This document shows positions 56,122-64,000 of a stretch of 64,000 bases of DNA, piece by piece (position 1 is the first letter of the stretch; every line of letters begins with the position of its first letter). Both the position numbers and the translations under genes were made by a program. The notes under the pieces were generated by a model. The model did not search any database. It was not told the origin of the DNA and saw nothing but the letters and a program-made list of their open reading frames with translations. The stretch is from an uncultured bacterium (GTDB lineage Bacteria > Joyebacterota > Joyebacteria > Joyebacterales > Joyebacteraceae), in NCBI GenBank assembly GCA_964562405.1, contig CAZLTC010000005.1, positions 3,381-67,380 of the forward strand, in the 5' to 3' direction.

Positions 56122-58283
56122 GCATCTTTCTCAACCATCAGCACGTCTGGGTCTTCCTGCTGGCGCTCGCGGCGCTGGTGTTCCTCGCGTTCAGGCTCTA
56201 CAGGCGAGTTCCTCCGGCAGTCAGCCCCGCCCTTCGCGCCGCGCTCCTCGCCCTTCGTATCAGCGCCATCGCCGTCTTGGTGTTCGTCCTGCTCGAGCCG
56301 GTGCTGCGGTTCTCGAGAACGAGCACCGAGCGCCCGATCGTGGCGGTGTTGCTCGACACGTCACGGAGCATGGCCATAGCGGACGGTACCGGAGGGATGA
56401 CCCGCGGAGATGAGGCGGTCGCTCTCCTGAACGAGGTCGTCATCCCGCGCGTGGCGCGCGATGCCGAGGTGCGGGCGTTCGGATTTTCGGACGGCGTGGA
56501 GCCGCTGGCTACCGGGCGCGGCGGCATCGAGGGCGAGCCCGCGTTCGACGGCAAGCTGACCGACATACCGCAGGCGTTCGCGGAGCTTCGTCGGGAGATA
56601 CCCGAGGGCCTCTCCGCGATCGTCCTGGCGACCGACGGGGCCGGCAATCGCGGAGGCAGCGTCCTGGACGCGTGGCGGCCGCTGGGCGTGCCGGTCTACG
56701 CGCTCGGCGTCGGTAGCGAGGCGGAGCCGCGCGACATCGGCGTGCGCGCGGCGCTCACGAACCGGATCTCGTACGCGGGAGAGGTGCTGCCGGTAGAGGT
56801 CACACTCTCGAGCGCGGGCTTCGCGGGGGCGAGCACCACGCTCGAGCTAAGCGAGAACGGCCGGGTCCTAGACAGCGCCACCGTGGAGCTCTCGGGAACG
56901 GGTGAGGAGTCGGTCGTGCGTTTCGACGTCGTGCCGTCGGCGCCTGGTCCGCACAGGTATACGATCGAGGTGCCGGTCGCTCCCGGAGAACTATCGTCAT
57001 CCAACAACAAGCGCGTCGTCGCCACGAACACGCTCGGCGGTAAGGTGAGGGTGCTGCTCGCGGCCTCGCGGCCGGGGTGGGACTTCGCGTTCCTGGCCCG
57101 AGAGCTTTCCGCGGACGGCAACATGGAGCTGACCTCGTTCGCGACGCTGGCCGGCGGCCGCAGGACCACCGACTCCGCGCCCGCGTCGGTGGACGAAGTC
57201 CTCTCGTACGACCTCGTCGTGCTCGTCGAGCCGGACTGGTCCGATCCCCCGTTCCCCTCGGAGTGGCTGGCGAGGTTCGTCAACGAGCGGGGCGGTGGAC
57301 TGCTCGTAGTGGGGTTGCCACCGGGAAGGGGCCTCGGCGGCGATGCGGCGTCGCTGCTACCCGTCGTATCGACCGGGCCCGCCGAGAGTGCTCTGGCAGA
57401 GGCGCGCGTCAGCCTCACGGTGGACGGCGAGTCGTCTCCGCTCACGCGCGTGGTCGACGGAAGGTACGAGAACGCTTCGCTCTGGGAGGAACTGCCTCCG
57501 GTCTGGACCGCCGCCGACGCATGGTGGAAAGCGGGACCCGAGGCCACGACGCTGGCATCGGCGGGCGATGGCGGCGCCGGTGCCGTACCGGTCGTGCTTA
57601 TCTCCAGGTCAGGCGGCGGGAGCGTTGCTCTGTTCGCGGCGACGGGGTTCTGGCGATGGAAGATGGCCGGGCCCGCTGAGCCGGACGTGTTGGATGCGGT
57701 GGTCGCCAACGCCGCCCGCTGGTTGACCGCGCGCGGTGAGCTGGCCCGTGTCACCGCGGAGTCCGACAAGGACGTCTATCCGGCAGGCGAGACGGTCCAC
57801 CTCTCGGCGCAGGTCTACGGCAGCGACTACCGGCTGGCGAGGAACGCGTCGGTGACGGTGGAGGTCGCGCGAGGTGAGGGCTCGGCGCCGGTCCAGACGC
57901 TCGTTCTTCCGCCCGATGGGGATTTCTACCGCGGGGCCGTCGACGGGCTGACGCCCGCGAGGTACGTCTATACGGCTCACGGAGACATCAGCGGAGAGAG
58001 CATGGGCGAGGCCCGGGGCGAGTTCGTCGTGGACGAATTCAGCCTCGAGGACTCGGAGATCAGACGCAGGCCGGGGCCTCTCAAGAGACTGGCCGACGAA
58101 AGCGGCGGAAGCTACGTGTCACCGGAGACCATCGGGGACCTTCCCGAGTCGGTTCCCCTGGAGCGGACGCGCAAGACCGTTCGGAAGGAGTTCGAGGTGT
58201 GGAACTCCTCGTGGCCGCTCATCATCCTGGTCGCGCTGCTGTCGATCGAGTGGATCGCGAGAAGGAGGAAGGGCATGCCTTGA
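56118..58283 (+). CDS. BatA-like von Willebrand factor A domain membrane protein (N-terminal double TM anchor, vWA domain, GATase1-like domain, C-terminal TM)
   Basis: ATGA overlap with the GDE stop. N-terminus MSIFLNHQHVWVFLLALAALVFLAFRLY...ALRISAIAVLVFVLL (double-TM anchor). vWA motif VAVLLDTSRSMAIADG...AIVLATDGAGNRGG. C-terminal TM WPLIILVALLSIEWIARRRKG. Confidence 0.7.
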   Translation: MSIFLNHQHVWVFLLALAALVFLAFRLYRRVPPAVSPALRAALLALRISAIAVLVFVLLEPVLRFSRTSTERPIVAVLLDTSRSMAIADGTGGMTRGDEAVALLNEVVIPRVARDAEVRAFGFSDGVEPLATGRGGIEGEPAFDGKLTDIPQAFAELRREIPEGLSAIVLATDGAGNRGGSVLDAWRPLGVPVYALGVGSEAEPRDIGVRAALTNRISYAGEVLPVEVTLSSAGFAGASTTLELSENGRVLDSATVELSGTGEESVVRFDVVPSAPGPHRYTIEVPVAPGELSSSNNKRVVATNTLGGKVRVLLAASRPGWDFAFLARELSADGNMELTSFATLAGGRRTTDSAPASVDEVLSYDLVVLVEPDWSDPPFPSEWLARFVNERGGGLLVVGLPPGRGLGGDAASLLPVVSTGPAESALAEARVSLTVDGESSPLTRVVDGRYENASLWEELPPVWTAADAWWKAGPEATTLASAGDGGAGAVPVVLISRSGGGSVALFAATGFWRWKMAGPAEPDVLDAVVANAARWLTARGELARVTAESDKDVYPAGETVHLSAQVYGSDYRLARNASVTVEVARGEGSAPVQTLVLPPDGDFYRGAVDGLTPARYVYTAHGDISGESMGEARGEFVVDEFSLEDSEIRRRPGPLKRLADESGGSYVSPETIGDLPESVPLERTRKTVRKEFEVWNSSWPLIILVALLSIEWIARRRKGMP

Positions 58284-58373
58284 CGAGACAGAAGGAAGCA
58301 GAGGGGAACCGGCATGATCCGATGCCGGTCCGACATCCCCTGAAGAAAGCGAGAGCCCCGGGAGGTGTCGTGG

Positions 58374-60068
58374 ATGCGGCGGTGTTCTCTCTCTCCAGTC
58401 CTCTTCGTTTCAGTCCTATCACTAGCGATGTCCCCAACGCCGGCCTGCAGATGCGCGGCGAGCGTTGTCATCAATGAGGTGCTCTACGACCCCGACGGGC
58501 CGGACACCGGCCTCGAGTTCGTGGAGATCGTGAACTGCGGGCGCACGGGAGTGTCTCTCTCGGGGTGGACGCTCGAGACGGGCAACGGAGCCAACCCTGA
58601 CGACTGGACGGTCGAGTGGGTGGGGCGCGAGTTCGATTTCCTCGAGCCCGGCGGGTTCTTCGTCGTAGGCGAGTCGTCGGTCGTGCCGGAGCCCGACTTC
58701 GTCACTGCGCTCGATCTCCAGAACGGGCCCGACGCTGCCAGGCTCACCGACGGAGTCGGGCCGGTCGACGTCGTCGGCTGGGGCGAGCCTCTCTTCCAGG
58801 AGTACTACGAGGGCGCCCCGGCGCCCGACGTCTCATCGGGCTGCTCAGTCGCCCGGAGTCCCGACTGCTACGACCACGATGACAACTCGGTCGACCTCCT
58901 CCCGGCGCCCGTTCCAACTCCCGGCTCGGGTAATTCGCCCGGCGTGGACCTCTCGGTCACCCTGCGGCACCACGGAAACGAGGTCCAACCGGCGTCCTCC
59001 TCCGTGATGGTGGAGTGTGTCGTCAGGAACGCCGGCGCGTTTGAGGTGGCGGGCGGCGTGTCCAGCCTGACGCTGTTGCTCGACGACTCGGACGTCCCGG
59101 TGACGGTCCGGCCGGTAGAGGCGACCCTGGCCCCCAGGGACTCTCTCGCCGCGGCTCTCGAGTGCGAGGCATCTCCAGGATACCACCGCGCCGTCGTCCG
59201 AGTGTCGTGTCCGGGTGACGAGGAGCCGCTGAACGACACGCGTGAGACGAGCTTCACGCTCGGAGCCCCGGGTGGTCTCGTTAGGTTGTCGGAGGTCATG
59301 TACTCGCCCGGTGACGATGGGACCGAGTGGGTCGAGCTGCGGAATTCTTCCGACGACTCTGTCGATCTCTCGGGCTGGTCTCTCGGCGACGACGAGGAGC
59401 AGCATCCGATCTCGGCTCGGGGCGCGGGAGAGGCGCTGCTGGCTCCGGGGGGATTCGCGGTCGTGGCGAAGGACACGACCGCTCTTGGTTGGGCGCAGGC
59501 GTGCCTGCCGCTCCGTCCGGAACGCTGGGAGGCGCTCTCCGCCGGCGACGTGGTGGTGCTACTGGACCAGTTTGGAACGCCCATGGAGAGGGTCGCCTAC
59601 GACGACTCGTGGGGAGGCGATCGGGGCGTGTCGCTCGAGCGCGTGCGTATCGACATTGGGTCGGACGACCCGTGCAACTGGGGAAGTTCGGTCGACCCGA
59701 GCGGTTCGACACCGTGTTCAGAGAACAGCATCTTTCTTCCGACCCGCGAGAACTCGGGGCGCCTTGGCGCGTCACCCAACCCGTTCACACCGAACGGCGA
59801 TGGCCGGTCGGACCGCACGGCGATCTCCTATGAGCTACCGGTCGCACGAGCGAGGGTGAGGATCTCAGTCTATGACGCCCTCGGCAGGAAGCGGGCGACT
59901 CTGGTCGACATCGGTGGGTCGGCGGCGTCGGGCGAGGTGCTGTGGGACGGCCGCGACGGTGACGGGTGCCTTCTGCCGTCGGGGCTCTACGTCGTGAGGC
60001 TCGAGGCGATCAGCGCGCGGGAGGGGGTCTTCGTCAATGAGAAGAGAGCGGTCGGGCTCATCCGGTGA
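58374..60068 (+). CDS. Secreted protein with two lamin-tail domains (LTD), an internal CARDB-like beta-sandwich and a C-terminal T9SS-type/FlgD-Ig-like sorting domain
   Basis: ATG 8 nt after GGAGG; signal peptide MRRCSLSPVLFVSVLSLAMSPTPA. LTD1 VVINEVLYDPDGPDTGLEFVEIVNCGRTGVSLSGWTLETGN. LTD2 VRLSEVMYSPGDDGTEWVELRNSSDDSVDLSGWSLGDDE. CTD NPFTPNGDGRSDRTAISYELPVARARVRISVYDALGRKRATLVDIGG...VLWDGRDGDGCLLPSGLYVVRLEA. Confidence 0.75.
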   Translation: MRRCSLSPVLFVSVLSLAMSPTPACRCAASVVINEVLYDPDGPDTGLEFVEIVNCGRTGVSLSGWTLETGNGANPDDWTVEWVGREFDFLEPGGFFVVGESSVVPEPDFVTALDLQNGPDAARLTDGVGPVDVVGWGEPLFQEYYEGAPAPDVSSGCSVARSPDCYDHDDNSVDLLPAPVPTPGSGNSPGVDLSVTLRHHGNEVQPASSSVMVECVVRNAGAFEVAGGVSSLTLLLDDSDVPVTVRPVEATLAPRDSLAAALECEASPGYHRAVVRVSCPGDEEPLNDTRETSFTLGAPGGLVRLSEVMYSPGDDGTEWVELRNSSDDSVDLSGWSLGDDEEQHPISARGAGEALLAPGGFAVVAKDTTALGWAQACLPLRPERWEALSAGDVVVLLDQFGTPMERVAYDDSWGGDRGVSLERVRIDIGSDDPCNWGSSVDPSGSTPCSENSIFLPTRENSGRLGASPNPFTPNGDGRSDRTAISYELPVARARVRISVYDALGRKRATLVDIGGSAASGEVLWDGRDGDGCLLPSGLYVVRLEAISAREGVFVNEKRAVGLIR

Positions 60069-60075
60069 GCCGTGG

Positions 60076-60948
60076 ATGGGCGTGATGCGAGCCGTTGGGC
60101 TCTCGGCGCGAGCCATCGGGCTTGCAGTAATCGTCTCGCTGACGGCACCGTCCTCGAGGGCGTGGGCGGCATTCGACGTCCCCGTTCCGCCCGCCAGGGA
60201 CGCGGCTCTCGCGCTGCGCGCGCGGTTGGACTCCGACGTCGGTGATGAGGGATGGGCGGTCGAGCTGTCGGGGTGCGAGCTGTTCGGCCTGCGCGAGACC
60301 AGGGCCTGGCGTGCCGCCCTGGAGTTGCGAGGGGCGCCCCGCGTGTCGTTCGGGGCCTCCTCCTTCGGCGGAGCCGTCTACCGGGAGCGCGTCCTGTCAG
60401 CTGCGGTGAAGAGTGAACTCCCTGGTGGCACCGCCGCACGTCTCGGAGTGAGAGCGTTGGGAATCTCGGCGCAGGGCGTCAGGGAGGTCTGGTCGTCCGC
60501 CATAGACGGGGATGTGACCGTCACGCTCCTGGACCGGCTCCGCCTGTCCTGCGGGTGGGTGAACGTCGGCGGGTCGTCGATCGGAGACTCGCCGGTCGCC
60601 CAGTCCACATCACTTTCCGCCTCGGTCGGAGCGGCCGGGCTCACCATCGTGGGTTCTGTCTCCATCGAGCCCTCATTGCCGCCGTCGTCCTCGCTGGGCG
60701 TGGAACTCGGTGTGGCCCGGCTCCTCAAGGTCCGCGCGGGAGCGGCGACGGAGCCTTCACTGTTCGCAGCAGGTCTGGGCATTGGCGTGCCCTCGACCGG
60801 CTCGAGGCGGTACAGCTGTGTGTTGGACGTCGCGTGGCAGTGGAACCCCGAATTGGGAGTAAGCACGTTTGTCACGATATCCATGTTGCGTAGACCTTCT
60901 CGTGAAGGCCGCCACGCTGGCGTGCGCGACGGTGCTGATGTCCGGTGA
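60076..60948 (+). CDS. Signal-peptide-bearing beta-rich protein (about 290 aa), candidate outer-membrane partner of the preceding T9SS-cargo protein
   Basis: Start at an internal Met of ORF 60037..60948 (MGVMRAVGLSARAIGLAVIVSLTAPSSRAWAA signal peptide). Alternating hydrophobic pattern with G/S-rich strands (LGVELGVARLLKVRAG, YSCVLDVAWQWNPELGVSTFVTIS). No FadL-type NPA motif. Confidence 0.45.
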   Translation: MGVMRAVGLSARAIGLAVIVSLTAPSSRAWAAFDVPVPPARDAALALRARLDSDVGDEGWAVELSGCELFGLRETRAWRAALELRGAPRVSFGASSFGGAVYRERVLSAAVKSELPGGTAARLGVRALGISAQGVREVWSSAIDGDVTVTLLDRLRLSCGWVNVGGSSIGDSPVAQSTSLSASVGAAGLTIVGSVSIEPSLPPSSSLGVELGVARLLKVRAGAATEPSLFAAGLGIGVPSTGSRRYSCVLDVAWQWNPELGVSTFVTISMLRRPSREGRHAGVRDGADVR

Positions 60949-62890
60949 GGTCAGCGCGTCGGATGACGATCTCTCCGCGGTGCTCGTCGACACGAGCTAT
61001 CAGCAGTCGCCCGCGCTCTCGTGGTGGAGCGGGGAGGAGACGGGCTGGAGCGAAACGAGCGAGCTTCTCGAAGTGCTGCTGCGGGAGGCGGCCGCCCTCA
61101 GATCGAGCCCTCTCGACCTGAACTCAGCCTCGGCCGCGGAGTTCTCGCGGATACCTGTCCTGGACCCCGCCGACGCGGTGGCCATCGTTTCCCTGAGACG
61201 CGTGGAGGGTGTCTTCGCCCGCGTCGAGGATCTGCTGGGACACGGTCGGTTCGACGACGCGTTCGTGCGAAGGCTCAGGCCCTACGTCGTATGCCGCCCA
61301 CCCGTCGTCCCCGATGCGACCGCGCGCGCTGTCGCCGGCGCTGATGTCGCGGAGGCGCCCGGGCCCCTTGAGTGGGGAGCGCGGGTGAAGCTGTCGTGGG
61401 AGGTGGACCCCGATGATGAGTGGGCCGCTAGCAGAACGTCGGATTTGACGCGGGCATCCAGGAGCAGTGCCCGGTTTCGCGCCAGGGGCGGCGGAGGATG
61501 GTCGGCCGGAGTGGGGGTCGAGAGGGATCCCTGGGAGCGAAGAGGTATCGACCACGTAGCGTTCCACGTGTCGCTGCGGCCGGAGCATTCCACGTCCGGC
61601 GGCCAAACGCTCTCCTGCACGATGGGTGATCTCATCGTCGATTGGGGACAGGGCCTTCTGCTGAGTGGAGGCGGCTTCGGTGGCGTGGAGAGATTCCCTC
61701 GGAGGAGCGACCGCGTGAGAGGCTACGACGGCGCCGGTGAATCGGTCTCGCGGAGAGGCGCACACGTGTCGGTGGCGAGAGGCTCCGTGACGACGCACGT
61801 CGTGGCCGCGAGGACCGAACTCGACGCAGCGTTGGACGAAGACGGTATGGCGTCGACCATCAGGACGTCCGGGCTGCACAGGACGGTGGGAGAGCGCGCC
61901 GGGCGCGGCACGCTCACCGAGACGTGTCTTGCGGCGAGAATCTCCGTGGCCTCTCAGGGGGCCTTCGTGCTGGGCGCGTCTGGAGCGTTGTTCAGATACT
62001 CGCCCGGGCTGGCCCCCGGAGATCCGGAGCGCCAGCGCTTCCGCTTCCACGGCGAGCGACTCGCGGCCGCGTCGGTCGACGCGCGGGCCACGGGAGTCGG
62101 GTGGAGGCTGGGCGCGGAATACGCCATGACGCAGGAGGGAGCGGTCGGGTTCGTGGTGTCGGCGTCGGCCCGCGTGGGTGCGGCGACGGCGCACTTCGGA
62201 GCCGGGCATCTGTCGAGGGACTACTGGACACCCACGGGCGGCGGTGTGCCGGGCGCCTCCGGAGGTTCCAACGCCACCTCGGCGTGGATCAGAGTCGAAC
62301 ACCGACTGTCCCGCGACCTCGCGTGGCGCGCCGAGTCGCTCGTCCGTGGCCGTCCGTGGAGGTCGTACCACGACGAGTTGCCCGACGCCGGAGCGCGTGC
62401 TCTACTGGGCGCGACGTGGAGTGTCGCAGGGCTCGGAACGCTCGACGGTGAGGTGCGTGTGCGAACCGGCGCTCCGGGAGCGGGCGACGATGGGCCGGAA
62501 GTGACCTCGAGACGGCGTCTGTCGATCCGGACGGTGGGCCCTACTCCGGTCGTCGTCAACATCACATCCTCGCGAACCTCCTCGGGTGAACTCAAGCTGG
62601 GGGAGATCACAGGGATCGCGGCACGCTGCGACCTGTCTGCCGGTCAGAACACGCTTGTGTCGGTAGGGGCGGCGTCGACTACCTCATCGGGGGAACACGA
62701 CGCGATAGCGCAGTACGAGCCTGGTCTTCCGGGTGACTTCGCACTGCGCACCTTGAATACGCCCGGAGCGAGGTGCTATATTCGTGTCGAGATCGGCGTA
62801 TCCGAACAAGCGAGTCTCACGGTTCACATTTCTGGATGCCCCGGTCGCGACGAGTACTCACTTGGCGTATGCATCGACACGAAAGGCTGA
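60902..62890 (+). CDS. Secreted protein with an N-terminal ComEA-like helix-hairpin-helix DNA-binding module and about 500 aa of beta-rich sequence of unknown function
   Basis: GTG start gives signal peptide MKAATLACATVLMSGEVSA. LDLNSASAAEFSRIPVLDPADAVAIVSLRRVEGVFARVEDLLGHGRFDDAFVRRLRPYV matches tandem HhH motifs of ComEA. The remainder has no recognisable motif. Confidence 0.55.
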   Translation: MKAATLACATVLMSGEVSASDDDLSAVLVDTSYQQSPALSWWSGEETGWSETSELLEVLLREAAALRSSPLDLNSASAAEFSRIPVLDPADAVAIVSLRRVEGVFARVEDLLGHGRFDDAFVRRLRPYVVCRPPVVPDATARAVAGADVAEAPGPLEWGARVKLSWEVDPDDEWAASRTSDLTRASRSSARFRARGGGGWSAGVGVERDPWERRGIDHVAFHVSLRPEHSTSGGQTLSCTMGDLIVDWGQGLLLSGGGFGGVERFPRRSDRVRGYDGAGESVSRRGAHVSVARGSVTTHVVAARTELDAALDEDGMASTIRTSGLHRTVGERAGRGTLTETCLAARISVASQGAFVLGASGALFRYSPGLAPGDPERQRFRFHGERLAAASVDARATGVGWRLGAEYAMTQEGAVGFVVSASARVGAATAHFGAGHLSRDYWTPTGGGVPGASGGSNATSAWIRVEHRLSRDLAWRAESLVRGRPWRSYHDELPDAGARALLGATWSVAGLGTLDGEVRVRTGAPGAGDDGPEVTSRRRLSIRTVGPTPVVVNITSSRTSSGELKLGEITGIAARCDLSAGQNTLVSVGAASTTSSGEHDAIAQYEPGLPGDFALRTLNTPGARCYIRVEIGVSEQASLTVHISGCPGRDEYSLGVCIDTKG

Positions 62891-62893
62891 GCC

Positions 62894-64000
62894 ATGGGCG
62901 AGAAGCAGCTCGCGTCCGATGCCCTCAGGGAAGAGGGCAGGACCTACGCTCCACACGAGGCGGTGATCGAAGCGTCGCGCTGCCTCATGTGCGAGGAGCC
63001 TCCGTGCAACGCCGGCTGCCCGGCGGGCGTGGACGTGCGAAGATTCGTGAGGAAGATCAGATTCGGCAACTTCCGGGGAGCGGCGAGGCTCATTCGCGAG
63101 GCGAACATCTTAGTCGGGATCTGCGGCCGCGTCTGCCCGCAGGAGATGCTCTGTATGGAGCACTGCACGAGGGCCGCGCTCGACACCCCGATCGACATCG
63201 CCGGGCTTCAGCGTTTCGCCGGAGACTGCGAGCTTGCGCAGGTTGCGCCCGTGCCCGACATCGAGGAGCGGAGCGGCAGGGTGGCCGTCGTCGGGGCCGG
63301 TCCCGGGGGATTGGCCGCAGCGGCAGAGCTAAGGCGCGCCGGCGTCACGGTCGGCGTCTTCGACAGCGCCCGTGTGGCGGGCGGAGTTCTTACGAGAGGC
63401 ATACCGCCGTTCAGGCTCGACCCATCCTTCGCGGAAGGGGAACTGGCCTACACTGCTCGGCTTGGCGTCGAGCTGCACCTTGGCGAGAACGTGGACGACC
63501 CGGTCGGACTCCTGGACAAGGGCTTCGACGCGGTGTTCGTGTCCACGGGGCTCTGGCGGCCCTACACGATCGGGCTCGAGGGCGAGGACCTCGACGGCGT
63601 TCACGTGGCCGGCGAGTTCCTGTCTGCCGTCGCCGCAGGCGAGCGGCCGCGTGTGGGAGCCCGCGTGGTCGTGATTGGAGGCGGGAACGTGGCCATGGAT
63701 GCCGCCACGACCGCGCTCCGACTCGGTGCCGCGAGGGTCCATCTCTGCTGTCTCGAGTCGCGTGACGAGATGCCCGCCTTCCGCTCCGAGGTCGAGGTCG
63801 CGCAGAGCGAGGGCGTCGAGTTCCACACGCGCACGCGGCCGGTTCGTATCGTGGGCCGAGACGGTACCGTATCCGGCTACGAGGGTGTCGGGATCCGATG
63901 GAAGGAACCGGGCCTGCTCGTCCCGTCCAACGCCGAGGACATCCCCGGGACCGAGTTCAGTCTCGCGGCCGATGCCGTTATCGAGGCGATAGGCCAGGGA
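62894..64000 (+). CDS. GltD-family NAD(P)H-dependent FAD/[4Fe-4S] oxidoreductase (glutamate synthase small-subunit / SudA / PreT-like), N-terminal 369 aa; continues beyond the window
   Basis: Not in the ORF track because there is no stop within the window. ATG at 62894 after GAAAGG. MGEKQLASDALREEGRTYAPHEAVIEASRCLMCEEPPCNAGCPAGVDV (N-terminal Fe-S), RVAVVGAGPGGLAAAAEL (FAD Rossmann), RVVVIGGGNVAMDAA (NAD(P)H Rossmann). Confidence 0.85.
   Translation, partial: MGEKQLASDALREEGRTYAPHEAVIEASRCLMCEEPPCNAGCPAGVDVRRFVRKIRFGNFRGAARLIREANILVGICGRVCPQEMLCMEHCTRAALDTPIDIAGLQRFAGDCELAQVAPVPDIEERSGRVAVVGAGPGGLAAAAELRRAGVTVGVFDSARVAGGVLTRGIPPFRLDPSFAEGELAYTARLGVELHLGENVDDPVGLLDKGFDAVFVSTGLWRPYTIGLEGEDLDGVHVAGEFLSAVAAGERPRVGARVVVIGGGNVAMDAATTALRLGAARVHLCCLESRDEMPAFRSEVEVAQSEGVEFHTRTRPVRIVGRDGTVSGYEGVGIRWKEPGLLVPSNAEDIPGTEFSLAADAVIEAIGQG

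Noticed and set aside
62773-63765. 330-aa plus-strand ORF (Arg-rich) at the right end
   Set aside because: It is out of frame relative to the genuine GltD-like gene starting at 62894, which is absent from the ORF track only because it lacks a stop within the window.

Overview
High-GC (about 68-70 %) bacterial chromosome segment, densely coding with mostly co-directional operons; no rRNA, tRNA or CRISPR array was recognised. Three secreted proteins end in a T9SS-type / FlgD-Ig-like C-terminal sorting domain, which suggests an uncultured FCB-superphylum lineage (Gemmatimonadota or Eisenbacteria-like). This is inference only. Content from left to right: (1) a tungsten-type aldehyde:ferredoxin oxidoreductase operon (AOR, polyferredoxin, MobB, membrane protein); (2) a Pmp-like beta-helix lipoprotein; (3) an IDH-like gene plus archaeal-type LeuC/LeuD-like (homo)aconitase genes and an HD-domain gene; (4) an S8 protease with a T9SS CTD; (5) a roughly 21 kb Wzx/Wzy-type exopolysaccharide locus. 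The locus encodes Wza-like exporter, Wzz, Wzx, AlkP-like phosphodiesterase, CapA, two CapK/PaaK-like adenylate-forming enzymes, Wzy, two GT4, heparinase II/III-like, WecB, DegT aminotransferase, glucuronyl C5-epimerase-like and WecA-like proteins. This predicts a glycosaminoglycan-like, possibly amide-decorated polymer; (6) pyruvate phosphate dikinase; (7) a small membrane peptide with a C-terminal MxCxxC motif plus a NapH-like membrane polyferredoxin under a near-consensus sigma70 promoter, followed by Sir2/CobB; (8) the most unusual part, a roughly 20 kb alpha-glucan (starch/glycogen) capture and utilisation supercluster. It contains a 1778-aa T9SS cargo protein with carbohydrate-binding and glucodextranase-like domains followed by a FadL/PorP-like small barrel, two paralogous outer-membrane beta-barrels (one fused to an N-terminal CBM48 glycogen-binding domain), a surface lipoprotein with tandem CBM48 domains, a sugar ABC transporter (two permeases plus binding protein), a stand-alone glucodextranase-C-like protein, a secreted GH57 enzyme flanked by CBM48 domains and a cytoplasmic debranching enzyme. 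Functionally this is a Sus-like system built from non-Sus parts; (9) a BatA-like vWA membrane protein; (10) a second T9SS-cargo/barrel pair (lamin-tail-domain protein), followed by a ComEA-HhH protein; (11) a GltD-like FAD/FeS oxidoreductase running off the right edge.
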